Of a stretch of DNA of 64,000 nt, positions 18,995 to 26,774 are shown in pieces. The notes under the pieces were generated by a model, which was not told the origin of the DNA, made no database searches, and saw only the letters and a list, made by a program, of their open reading frames with translations. The DNA is taken from contig JAGSHC010000003.1 in assembly GCA_023954745.1 (NCBI GenBank), positions 5,395 to 69,394 on the forward strand, in the 5' to 3' direction. Made by a program: the position numbers and the translations under genes. Position 1 is the stretch's first letter. Each line of letters opens with the position of its first letter. This DNA is from Deltaproteobacteria bacterium. GTDB lineage: Bacteria > Myxococcota_A > UBA796 > UBA9615.

Positions 18995-20370
18995 CGAAGC
19001 ACGCTGCGGCGGTCCGGCACGTGCGGGTCGCTCAGTCGGATCCGGAGCAGGCTGCCGGGGTCGTCCAGGCTCTCCCAGGCGCTGTGCCAGCCCGGGGGGA
19101 CGGCCGGGGCGGTCCGATCGAAGATCTGGCGGGCGTCCTTCGGGGCGAGGTTGATGCAGCCGTGGCTACGACGCTCCCCAAACCCGTCGTGCCAGAACGC
19201 GCCGTGAAGCGCGTAGCGCGGCCAGTAGTGCATGACCCAGGGCACTTCCTCGAGGTGGTAGTAGTCGTCCGCGTCCGCCCGCGAGGCCATGTCCCAGTGC
19301 AGCATCTTGTCCTTGATGCGGTACAGCCCCACGGGGGTCTCGTTGTCGGGTGACGTGCCGGTGGAGACCATCGTCGCGTACTGGGGCGTGGTCCCCTGGA
19401 ACACCGTCAACACCTGCTGATCGAGGTCGACGTCGAGCCAGACCTCGTCGTCCGTGACGCCGTCCGGTGGGTCGAGAGGCCGCAGGCGTCTCACCCGGGA
19501 AGCGGCGATGAAGCCGGTGCCTGGCCCATCGCCGATCCGCACGATGGGCATCCACGTGCGGCCGTCATCCCCGAGGATCGCCTCCTTCACCCAGACGAGG
19601 GTCCGAGGAGTCAGCTCGGCGATGATCTCCGAGACGATGGTGGCCTCGGTGCGCTGTCGGCCGCCTCCCCGTCGCACCCAGGCGGGCACGGTGTCCTCGG
19701 GGCCCCAGTCCTCGTCGAGATCGACGCCGCCGAAGCGCGACGGCGAGTAGAGGAACACGTCGTCCACGGGAACCACGGTGCCGTCGGGGCGCTCGAGGAA
19801 GCTCCCGTCCTCTGTGTCGATGACCTGCACGAACGCCTGGCGTCGCTTCGGGTTGAGCTGCCCGACGGGGTTGGAGCCCTTCGCCGCCGCTTCTACGTCG
19901 GCGTAGCAACGCCCGGCGAAGCGCCCCATGCGTCGTCCGTAGACGTAGGGGAGCAAGGCTTCGGCAGCGGGGCCGATGTCGCGGTCGAACTCCCCGGTGG
20001 AGAGGTACTCGGGCCGCTCCTCGGGGGTTGGGTGGTCGAAGGCCACCATGGGGTGCGCGTTGGGGAGCTTCTCCTGGGTCTCAGCCACGAAGTCGAGGCA
20101 GATCCAGCCGTCCGTGCGCAGCTGCCCCCAGGGCGCCTTGCACCCGGGCCCTTCCTCCTTCATGCGGATGCCCACGACCGCGCAGTCGAGCAGTACGCCC
20201 CGGCGCGCGCTCTTCCAGTCCGGCTTCGTGTGCACGACCACCTGGCCGTCGGTCTCGACGCGGGGGAGGAGGTCCGCCTCTGCTGGCTCTGCGGGGGTCT
20301 GACCGAGGGTCAGCGAGCCGAGCAGGAGGAGAGGGAGGAGGTCGCGGACCAGTCGGAGGCGGCGTGCCAT
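18991..20370 (-). CDS. L,D-transpeptidase (YkuD domain), secreted
   Basis: Signal peptide MARRLRLVRDLLPLLLLGSLTLG. Catalytic SHGCINLAP motif. Confidence 0.85.
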   Translation of the reverse strand: MARRLRLVRDLLPLLLLGSLTLGQTPAEPAEADLLPRVETDGQVVVHTKPDWKSARRGVLLDCAVVGIRMKEEGPGCKAPWGQLRTDGWICLDFVAETQEKLPNAHPMVAFDHPTPEERPEYLSTGEFDRDIGPAAEALLPYVYGRRMGRFAGRCYADVEAAAKGSNPVGQLNPKRRQAFVQVIDTEDGSFLERPDGTVVPVDDVFLYSPSRFGGVDLDEDWGPEDTVPAWVRRGGGRQRTEATIVSEIIAELTPRTLVWVKEAILGDDGRTWMPIVRIGDGPGTGFIAASRVRRLRPLDPPDGVTDDEVWLDVDLDQQVLTVFQGTTPQYATMVSTGTSPDNETPVGLYRIKDKMLHWDMASRADADDYYHLEEVPWVMHYWPRYALHGAFWHDGFGERRSHGCINLAPKDARQIFDRTAPAVPPGWHSAWESLDDPGSLLRIRLSDPHVPDRRSVLR

Positions 20371-20948
20371 GCGAACAGCGGAGTCCCTTCACGGAGCTCA
20401 TCGATGAGGGGGCGTGCGACCTCTGGGCGTACAGCGGGGCAGCCGAAGGAGCGCCCGAGGCGGCCGTGCTGCTGCACGAACTCGTTGGTGGCGTACTCGG
20501 CGCCATGGACGACGATGGCGCGGTCGCGCGCGTTCCCGTTGATTCCAGGCTCGAGACCGTCGAGACGCAGCGAGTAGCCGTGCTTTCCGATGTAGGGCTC
20601 GGCGCCGACGTAGAGGCCGAGGCTGGACTGATTGCTTCCCTTGATGTCGGAGAAGTCCTCGGCCAGCTTCACGCCAGTGTTCTTGCCGTGGGCCACGAGC
20701 TCGTGGAAGAGCACGGCGCCGGTGGCGTTGTCGATGACCCACAGCCGCTTCTCGTCCGACGGAAGGCTGAAGTCGATGATGGCCAGGCGGTCGCCGGTGT
20801 GGTCGAGCAGGCCGGACTCCACCGCGCAGTCACGCGCGACTCGGGCGCGTTCCAAGAGCGTGGAGTCGGGCCCGGTCTCCGATCCGGAGGCGCCGAGCGA
20901 GAGCATGCAGAGGGCCGCGAGGCCCAGGATCGCTGCGTTTCTTCTCAT
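20310..20948 (-). CDS. L,D-transpeptidase catalytic-domain family protein, secreted
   Basis: Signal peptide MRRNAAILGLAALCMLSLGASG. GRSFGCPAV Cys motif. Its 3' end overlaps the next gene by 61 nt. Confidence 0.75.
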   Translation of the reverse strand: MRRNAAILGLAALCMLSLGASGSETGPDSTLLERARVARDCAVESGLLDHTGDRLAIIDFSLPSDEKRLWVIDNATGAVLFHELVAHGKNTGVKLAEDFSDIKGSNQSSLGLYVGAEPYIGKHGYSLRLDGLEPGINGNARDRAIVVHGAEYATNEFVQQHGRLGRSFGCPAVRPEVARPLIDELREGTPLFAWHAASDWSATSSLSSCSAR

Positions 20949-20998
20949 GGCTTACATGGTTAAGCACGATCTGCGGACGCGCCAGCGCGATCCCGGGG

Positions 20999-21172
20999 TC
21001 AACGGCGCGGGAGAGGCTCCGAGGGCGTCTCTCCGACCCAGGGACCGTGCCCCTGGTCCGAGGGGTCGGGGTGGCAGGTGGTGAGACCCCGCTCTTCGAA
21101 CTTGGGGCCCAAGGTGGGCCCCGGCGCGAAGATGAGCGCGACGACGATGGCGGCGAGGATGATCAGCTCCAT
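20999..21172 (-). CDS. Small single-TM membrane protein (57 aa): MELIILAAIVVALIFAPGPTLGPKFEERG...
   Basis: Found by hand: ATG with an AGGA RBS 9 nt upstream, very high GC3. It is the in-frame 3' end of the otherwise implausible tracked ORF 20999..22387. Confidence 0.5.
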   Translation of the reverse strand: MELIILAAIVVALIFAPGPTLGPKFEERGLTTCHPDPSDQGHGPWVGETPSEPLPRR

Positions 21173-21369
21173 GGGTGGTCCTACGTTCGGGCCAGGTGCG
21201 TATTGCCCTTGGAGGGCGTGAAGCGTGCGTAATAGGGGTACTTGAGTCTGAAGCCCCCCGCCAACGCACGGTTGGTCTCGTGAGGGTGCGGCGCAGCCGG
21301 CACCGCTTGACGCCTCGTGTGGGTCACCTGCGCGGGGGCGCGGCGCAGCCGCCACTACCTGACCCCCGC

Positions 21370-22503
21370 TCAGACGCCCAGAAAGCCCGCGATGATGTTC
21401 TTCTGGATGTCCGAGGTGCCGGAGAACAGCGGTCCGCCCATGGCGTCGCGGAGCTCTTCGGCCGCGGCCGCGTCCTCGAGGTAGCCGGAGCCCCCCGCGA
21501 TGCGCACCGCATCGATGCTGCTCTGGAGGAAGGCTTCGGCGATGGTCAGCTTTGCCTGGGCCGCCTCCACTGGCGCGCGCCCCGCCCCCTTCGCCGTCGC
21601 CGCGCGGTAGAGCATCATCCGCGACACATCCAGACGGGTCTTCATGTCGGCGAGGCGATGGCTGACGGCCTGGAACTTGCCGATGGGCCGGCCGAACTGG
21701 CGACGACGCCGCGCATGACGCACGCAGCGAGTCAGCTGCCGCTCCATGGCGCCCACGAACGGCCCGAAGACGCAGGCCCGCTCCCACTCCAACGCGGTGG
21801 TGAACATCGCCATCCCGCTCCCGGCGGAGCCCACAATCCGGTCCCGTGGCAACGCCAGGTCCGGCAACTGCACCGTGCCCATGGGCGCTCCGTGCAGGCC
21901 GAGCTTCGGCTGCTCCGCGGTGGTGACTCCGTCGGCCCGCTCCAGCACGACAGCGCCTAGCTCCGCCCGCTCTCCCTCGACTCGGCCGTCTCGGGCGTAG
22001 ATGAGGAAGGTCTCGGCGCGGGGCGCGCAGGTGATGTAGGCCTTCTCGCCGCCCAAGACGATGCCGTCCCCCTGCGCATCGAAGCGCGTGCTCATTGCCC
22101 GGACGTCGCTGCCCGTCCCGTGCTCCGTCACGCCGTGCGCGCCCACCCGCCGCCCGTCCAGCAACGGAGGCAGCCATCGCGCGATCTGTGCGTCGTTGCC
22201 ATGCAGAGCGAGGGGCAGCACCGCGCCCCACACGTGCGCGTTCGCCGCGAAGAGAAAGCCGAGGTCCGCGCAGCCGAGGCCCAGACCCTCGAACGCGATG
22301 ACGGTGTCCAGGGGCCCCCGGGCAGATCCGCCGGCGCTGACAGGGACGGGGAATCCGAAGAGGCCCGTCTCGGCGAGCAAACGCCAAGCCGCGTGGGGCA
22401 TCTCTCCGCGGGGGGCGGCCGCGAGCAGGGGGCTCAGGGCCTCACCCACCTCGACGAACTGCTGACGCAGAGCGGTCTGCTCAGGGCTCAGGGAGTCGAA
22501 CAC
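21370..22503 (-). CDS. Acyl-CoA dehydrogenase
   Basis: GTG start (FDSLSPEQTALRQQF... N-terminus). C-terminal GGSGYLEDAAAAEELRDAMGGPLFSGTSDIQKNIIA is typical of ACADs. 378 aa. Confidence 0.8.
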   Translation of the reverse strand: MFDSLSPEQTALRQQFVEVGEALSPLLAAAPRGEMPHAAWRLLAETGLFGFPVPVSAGGSARGPLDTVIAFEGLGLGCADLGFLFAANAHVWGAVLPLALHGNDAQIARWLPPLLDGRRVGAHGVTEHGTGSDVRAMSTRFDAQGDGIVLGGEKAYITCAPRAETFLIYARDGRVEGERAELGAVVLERADGVTTAEQPKLGLHGAPMGTVQLPDLALPRDRIVGSAGSGMAMFTTALEWERACVFGPFVGAMERQLTRCVRHARRRRQFGRPIGKFQAVSHRLADMKTRLDVSRMMLYRAATAKGAGRAPVEAAQAKLTIAEAFLQSSIDAVRIAGGSGYLEDAAAAEELRDAMGGPLFSGTSDIQKNIIAGFLGV

Positions 22504-22537
22504 AGGCGCATCATGCCTTGCTGTAGGCTCCCGCGCC

Positions 22538-23746
22538 GTGAGCCCGTTCCTCCTCGAGCTGCTCGGCGACATCCACTGGATGTTCGTGTCCGTGGGCATC
22601 ATCAGCAGCTTCATGTTCCTCGGACTCGCCCTGTGGGCCCGGGGGCGCTCCCAGGTCCGGGGTGATGAGCCCCTCCCCCCAGTCACGATTCTCAAGCCCT
22701 TCGACGGAGTGGACGCGGGACTGGCAGACAACTTCTGGTCCTACGTCGAAGCCGACTACGCAGCCCCCCGCGAGGTCTTGTTTTGCACTGCCCGGGAGAA
22801 CGTCGAGGGCATCGCGGTCGTCGAGGAGCTGCTGGAGCGTCTGGCGCGGGAGCCTCAGGAGGGGGTGACCGCGAGGTTGCTCCTCCCTCCCGAGGGGGAG
22901 GCGCCCTGGATCACCCGCAAGGTCTGGCACATGGCGCGTGGGTTGGCTGCGGCGAGCCACGCCATCGTGGTCAACGGCGACAGCGGGACTCGCCTCACCG
23001 ACGACACCTTGCCCGCGCTGGTGCGCGCCCTCGTGCGTGACGCCAAGCGCGGAGCGGTGTGGGCGCCCTACACCGTGGCCGAGGGCTCCTCTCTGGGCGC
23101 TCGGCTGACTCGCGTTGCCTGGACGGCCACCTCGACGAACTTCCTCGTGATCGAGGGGACGAACCGCATCCTCGGCCTGCGTTCGATGCTGGCCGGCGGA
23201 CTGTTCGCGGCGCGCAAGGAGGCTCTCGACCAGCTCGATGGGCTGCGTGAGTGCGATGGCTACCTCACCGAGGACATGGAGGTTGGAGCGAGGATCCAGG
23301 CCAACGGCTGGACCGTCGGTCCCTCGCCCGAGCCAGTCATCCGCTACCTCGAAGGCCTCGACTTCGACGGCTTCTTCGCGCGGCAGCTGCGGTGGAACAC
23401 CATCATCTGGCGGTTCCGAAATCTGCTCGTCTACCCCTACCCCCTGACGATGTGTGGCCTCGCCATTGCCCCGAGCACCTTCGTCGCCGCTTCGCTGGCG
23501 TTCCCGGACCGGGTCGTCGAGTACGCCCTTGCCCTCGCAGCGCTGTTCCTGGTGCGTAGCCTCTACGCGTTGGTCCTCAGCAGCATCGTCAACCGCCGCC
23601 TCGCTCCCCTGGACACCGTGGTGCTGTTGCCGCTGGTGGACCTCGTCTATCTGATCACGTGGATTCGGGGCCCGTTCGTGAAGACCATTCGGTGGCGGGA
23701 TACCGTGCTGCGCGTCGGCCCCGGCGGAAAGGTCACTCCCCTGTGA
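22538..23746 (+). CDS. GT2 glycosyltransferase, ceramide-glucosyltransferase-like
   Basis: N-terminal TM helix then VTILKPFDGVDAGLADNF (matches the UGCG-type ILKPL.G.D motif). Multi-TM C-terminus. Divergent from the ACAD gene. Confidence 0.75.
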   Translation: MSPFLLELLGDIHWMFVSVGIISSFMFLGLALWARGRSQVRGDEPLPPVTILKPFDGVDAGLADNFWSYVEADYAAPREVLFCTARENVEGIAVVEELLERLAREPQEGVTARLLLPPEGEAPWITRKVWHMARGLAAASHAIVVNGDSGTRLTDDTLPALVRALVRDAKRGAVWAPYTVAEGSSLGARLTRVAWTATSTNFLVIEGTNRILGLRSMLAGGLFAARKEALDQLDGLRECDGYLTEDMEVGARIQANGWTVGPSPEPVIRYLEGLDFDGFFARQLRWNTIIWRFRNLLVYPYPLTMCGLAIAPSTFVAASLAFPDRVVEYALALAALFLVRSLYALVLSSIVNRRLAPLDTVVLLPLVDLVYLITWIRGPFVKTIRWRDTVLRVGPGGKVTPL

Positions 23747-24477
23747 AGAAGCGCGTCGTCATCGCCCTCGCTACGAAGGACTTCGATCCCACCGAGGCGG
23801 CGGTGCCGTGGCACGTCTTGAGCGGCGCCGGGCACGAGGTCGTGTTCGCCACTGCGGACGGTGCCCCGGGAGCCTGCGATCCCTTGATGTTGAAGGGGGT
23901 GCTCTTTGGCCAGATCGGGGCGACGAAGGAGAACGTCGCGCTCTACCAGGCCATGTCTGAGACCGAGGCCTTCGCCCACCCCATCACCTTCGCCGACATC
24001 CGCACCGAGGGGGAAGGTGCCCACGACCTGCTCGTCCTTCCTGGTGGTCATGCCCAGGGAATGCGGCAGTACCTCGAAGACGAGACCCTGCAGGGCAAGG
24101 TGGCGGAGTTCCTGGCGAAGGACCGCCCGCTGGGCAGCATCTGTCACGGAGCCGTGGTCCTCGCCCGCAGCAAGGCGACGGACGGAACCCCCGCCATCGC
24201 TGGCCGGCGCATCACCGGGCTCCCGAAGACGATGGAGATGGGGGCCTGGCTGCTCACCTGCACCTATATGGGCGGCTACTTCCGCACCTATCCCGAGTGG
24301 GTTCAGGACGAGGTCCGGGGCTCTCTCGGTGATGGCGACTTCGCGACCGGGCCCCTGGTCCCCGCCTACGGCAACCCCTTCACCGTGCGCGACGGGAACC
24401 TGGTGACCGCCCGCTGGCCGGGTGACGCGCAACGATTCGCGCAGGAGCTGCTGGACCTCATCGGCGGCGAAGCCTGA
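23743..24477 (+). CDS. DJ-1/PfpI family protein (class I glutamine-amidotransferase-like)
   Basis: GTG start overlaps the GT2 stop (GTGA). GSICHGAVVLA nucleophile-elbow Cys motif. Confidence 0.8.
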   Translation: MKKRVVIALATKDFDPTEAAVPWHVLSGAGHEVVFATADGAPGACDPLMLKGVLFGQIGATKENVALYQAMSETEAFAHPITFADIRTEGEGAHDLLVLPGGHAQGMRQYLEDETLQGKVAEFLAKDRPLGSICHGAVVLARSKATDGTPAIAGRRITGLPKTMEMGAWLLTCTYMGGYFRTYPEWVQDEVRGSLGDGDFATGPLVPAYGNPFTVRDGNLVTARWPGDAQRFAQELLDLIGGEA

Positions 24478-24489
24478 GTCCTCGCGAGG

Positions 24490-26346
24490 TCACTCGCCCT
24501 TGAGCGGGCTCCACTTGGCGCGCTGGGGAGTCGTGAGGAATACCTCCTCGGTTGAGAAGGCCGCCTGCCGCTCTTCCTCGTTCACGTCGATGAAGGCGAC
24601 CAGCTCGAAGAGCGCATCGTCAGTGCCTCGGTGATCGACGTAGTGCTGGGCCAGGATGTTGGCGGGGATGGCCTTGCGCCCGGCGACGTCCACCACGGGG
24701 AGGTCGAGCCCGCCTTTGCCCTCGGCGGGTCGGTAGGCGCGCCAGACCACCTCGGTGCACACGAGGGCGTGGTCCGTGGCGAAGTCGAAGTCGAAGTCGT
24801 AGGGCTTCCCGAGATGCCGGAACGCCTCGACGATGGCCAGGGCCTTGTCCCCCTTGCTGACGTGGGCCGGCAGCGGCCGGAAGGCAACGAGGGCATCGCC
24901 CGCCGACTCGCTGAGCGTGCTCAGGGTGACCCCCGGCTTGTGCGCCTCCACCAGGCGGAGCGGCTGTCCGTCCTTGCCCAACTGGTAGCGCAGCCAGAAG
25001 TCGGGGTACCGCTTCTGCATCACCTCGTGCAGCGTGACCTGCTCGCCCTCGGGTAGCCCTTCGAGTCGCGCCAGGGCGGTGCGGACTTCCTCGTCGTCGG
25101 CCCAGGCGAGCAGCTTCTCGGGGCTGCCCACGTAGAGAATCGCGTGAGGCCAGAAGCCCGGAAGCCCCACGTTGCTCAGGTACCAGTTCTTCCGGGTGAG
25201 CAGGATGTCGCCGGGCTCGAGCTTGGGGTCCAGGTCCTCCTGGAGCTGCTCGTCGATGAGGTACCAGCCGACGCGACGGAACTTCGTGTCCCCGAAGAAC
25301 TCCGCCACCCGCCGCTGGGTGGGCAGCCACTGACGCCGGACGGCCCGCCGGAGCAGCTGCCCGTCCCCGGCGATGGTCATGGCGGCGCGGTCGAGCAGTC
25401 CTCGGGAGGCGAGCCGGTCGAGGCGGTCTTCGATGTCCGTCCACAGCCACCCCAGCCCGAGGCGGTTGGCTTCACGCTCCCAGCCGAGCACCGTGCGAAT
25501 GGCGCGCATGTACTGGGCGCCCCCGATGGCTCGGGCTTGGTCCCGAGTGCCTTCGAAGTCCTGGGAGAAGTAGGAGAAGGAGTTCGCGGCGATGCCCAGT
25601 TCGGGGTGGGGCACGTCCAGGAACTTCTTCACGTTGGGGTTTTGTCGCGCGAGCTTGCAGAGGCGGCCGCCGTGGTCGAACAGCGCCAGCTCGGCGGCGT
25701 AGGTCAGGAGGAAGCTACGGAGCAGGGACGCTCTCTCTGCGCGTGAGGCGTCGAAGCGGTACCAATCCTCGTAGAAGATGCGGAGCTGCTCGAGCCCTCG
25801 GCTGTAGTCGAGCACTGCCACCCAGCCCTCGAGGAGGACCTTCTCCTCGTCGGCGGTGAGGGCGCGGTCCGTCTGGACGAGGTCCGCAGTCTCGAGCTGG
25901 GAGACCAGGGAGGCCATGCCCTGGTCCAGCTCTCGAAAGGTGGCTGAGTCGAGCTCGAATGCGCGGTCGAACTCGGCGGGAGGCATCACGGTCAGAGGCG
26001 TGGGCTCCTCGAGGTGCCCCATGGCGACCCAGCCGGCCAGACCCGCCAGAGAGAGGACGAGGAGGACGAGCATCGAGCGGCGCAGCCTCAGACCCGTCGG
26101 CGTCTCGGTCATGTGCTTGCGCGCGATGCGAAGGGAGCCGTAGGCGAAGAGCACCGTGACGGCCCACACGCCGAGCAGGTACTGGCCCACGTCGGGCACC
26201 CAGCGCATCCCTCGGTCCGAGGCCCAGAACCCCAGCGTGATCCCGAGCGCGAGCACCGGGCCCATGGGCCACAGGAAGTCGAGACCTCGAGCCAGCTGGC
26301 GGCGAAGGGGGGAGACAGCCTGCGGTTGCTCGGGGGCGTCGCTCAC
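24490..26346 (-). CDS. YiiX/DUF830-like permuted papain-fold (NlpC/P60 superfamily) hydrolase with N-terminal membrane region
   Basis: N-terminal TM helices. C-terminal GDILLTRKNWYLSNVGLPGFWPHAILYVG...FDFATDHALVCTEVVWRAY. Confidence 0.7.
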   Translation of the reverse strand: MSDAPEQPQAVSPLRRQLARGLDFLWPMGPVLALGITLGFWASDRGMRWVPDVGQYLLGVWAVTVLFAYGSLRIARKHMTETPTGLRLRRSMLVLLVLSLAGLAGWVAMGHLEEPTPLTVMPPAEFDRAFELDSATFRELDQGMASLVSQLETADLVQTDRALTADEEKVLLEGWVAVLDYSRGLEQLRIFYEDWYRFDASRAERASLLRSFLLTYAAELALFDHGGRLCKLARQNPNVKKFLDVPHPELGIAANSFSYFSQDFEGTRDQARAIGGAQYMRAIRTVLGWEREANRLGLGWLWTDIEDRLDRLASRGLLDRAAMTIAGDGQLLRRAVRRQWLPTQRRVAEFFGDTKFRRVGWYLIDEQLQEDLDPKLEPGDILLTRKNWYLSNVGLPGFWPHAILYVGSPEKLLAWADDEEVRTALARLEGLPEGEQVTLHEVMQKRYPDFWLRYQLGKDGQPLRLVEAHKPGVTLSTLSESAGDALVAFRPLPAHVSKGDKALAIVEAFRHLGKPYDFDFDFATDHALVCTEVVWRAYRPAEGKGGLDLPVVDVAGRKAIPANILAQHYVDHRGTDDALFELVAFIDVNEEERQAAFSTEEVFLTTPQRAKWSPLKGE

Positions 26347-26393
26347 GGGCCCGAGTGTACGGATAGGCTGGGGCGGACGCTCGGAGGACGCTC

Positions 26394-26774
26394 TTGGACC
26401 TGTTCAGCCTCGCCAAGTCGGACGCTCAGCCGCCCTCGGCAGAAGCGGAGGGGGTCGTGCAGGCGGTGGGATTCAGCGTAGGAGCGACCTTCTTCATCGC
26501 GGCGACCATGCTCGCGGCAGGTGAGAGTCTGGAGCCCCAGCTGGCTCTCTCCATGGCTGCCGACCTCGTAGCCCTCGGCGCCCTGGGGGTGTGGCTCCGA
26601 ATGCGGTCCCTTCTCGTCGGGCTCGTGACCTCCATGGCGGGGATGGCCGGAGGGGTGGTTCTGCCTCAGGCGTGGCTCGACCGGCTCCAGCTCCGCGCGC
26701 TGCTCGGCACTCTCGCGCGCGAGCAGCTGCGACGGTTGGACGCGGAGTCGGCGGGGTCTACTCGAGCCAGGTAG
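26394..26774 (+). CDS. Small hypothetical membrane protein (126 aa)
   Basis: TTG start 7 nt after a GGAGGA RBS. High GC3. Two or three TM segments. Its 3' end overlaps the 3' end of the convergent lipoprotein gene by 17 nt. Confidence 0.5.
   Translation: MDLFSLAKSDAQPPSAEAEGVVQAVGFSVGATFFIAATMLAAGESLEPQLALSMAADLVALGALGVWLRMRSLLVGLVTSMAGMAGGVVLPQAWLDRLQLRALLGTLAREQLRRLDAESAGSTRAR

Noticed and set aside
20999-21172. Considered calling the small membrane protein TatA/TatE.
   Set aside because: The TM helix is similar, but the invariant F-G hinge and the KKLP motif are absent (the sequence reads IFAPGPTLGPKF). Kept as a generic micro-protein.
21173-22387. Upstream 400 codons of the tracked ORF 20999..22387 (minus), overlapping the ACAD gene in another frame.
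   Set aside because: Only the last 58 codons (20999..21172) have an RBS, a start and a plausible product. The rest is an out-of-frame shadow of the ACAD gene.
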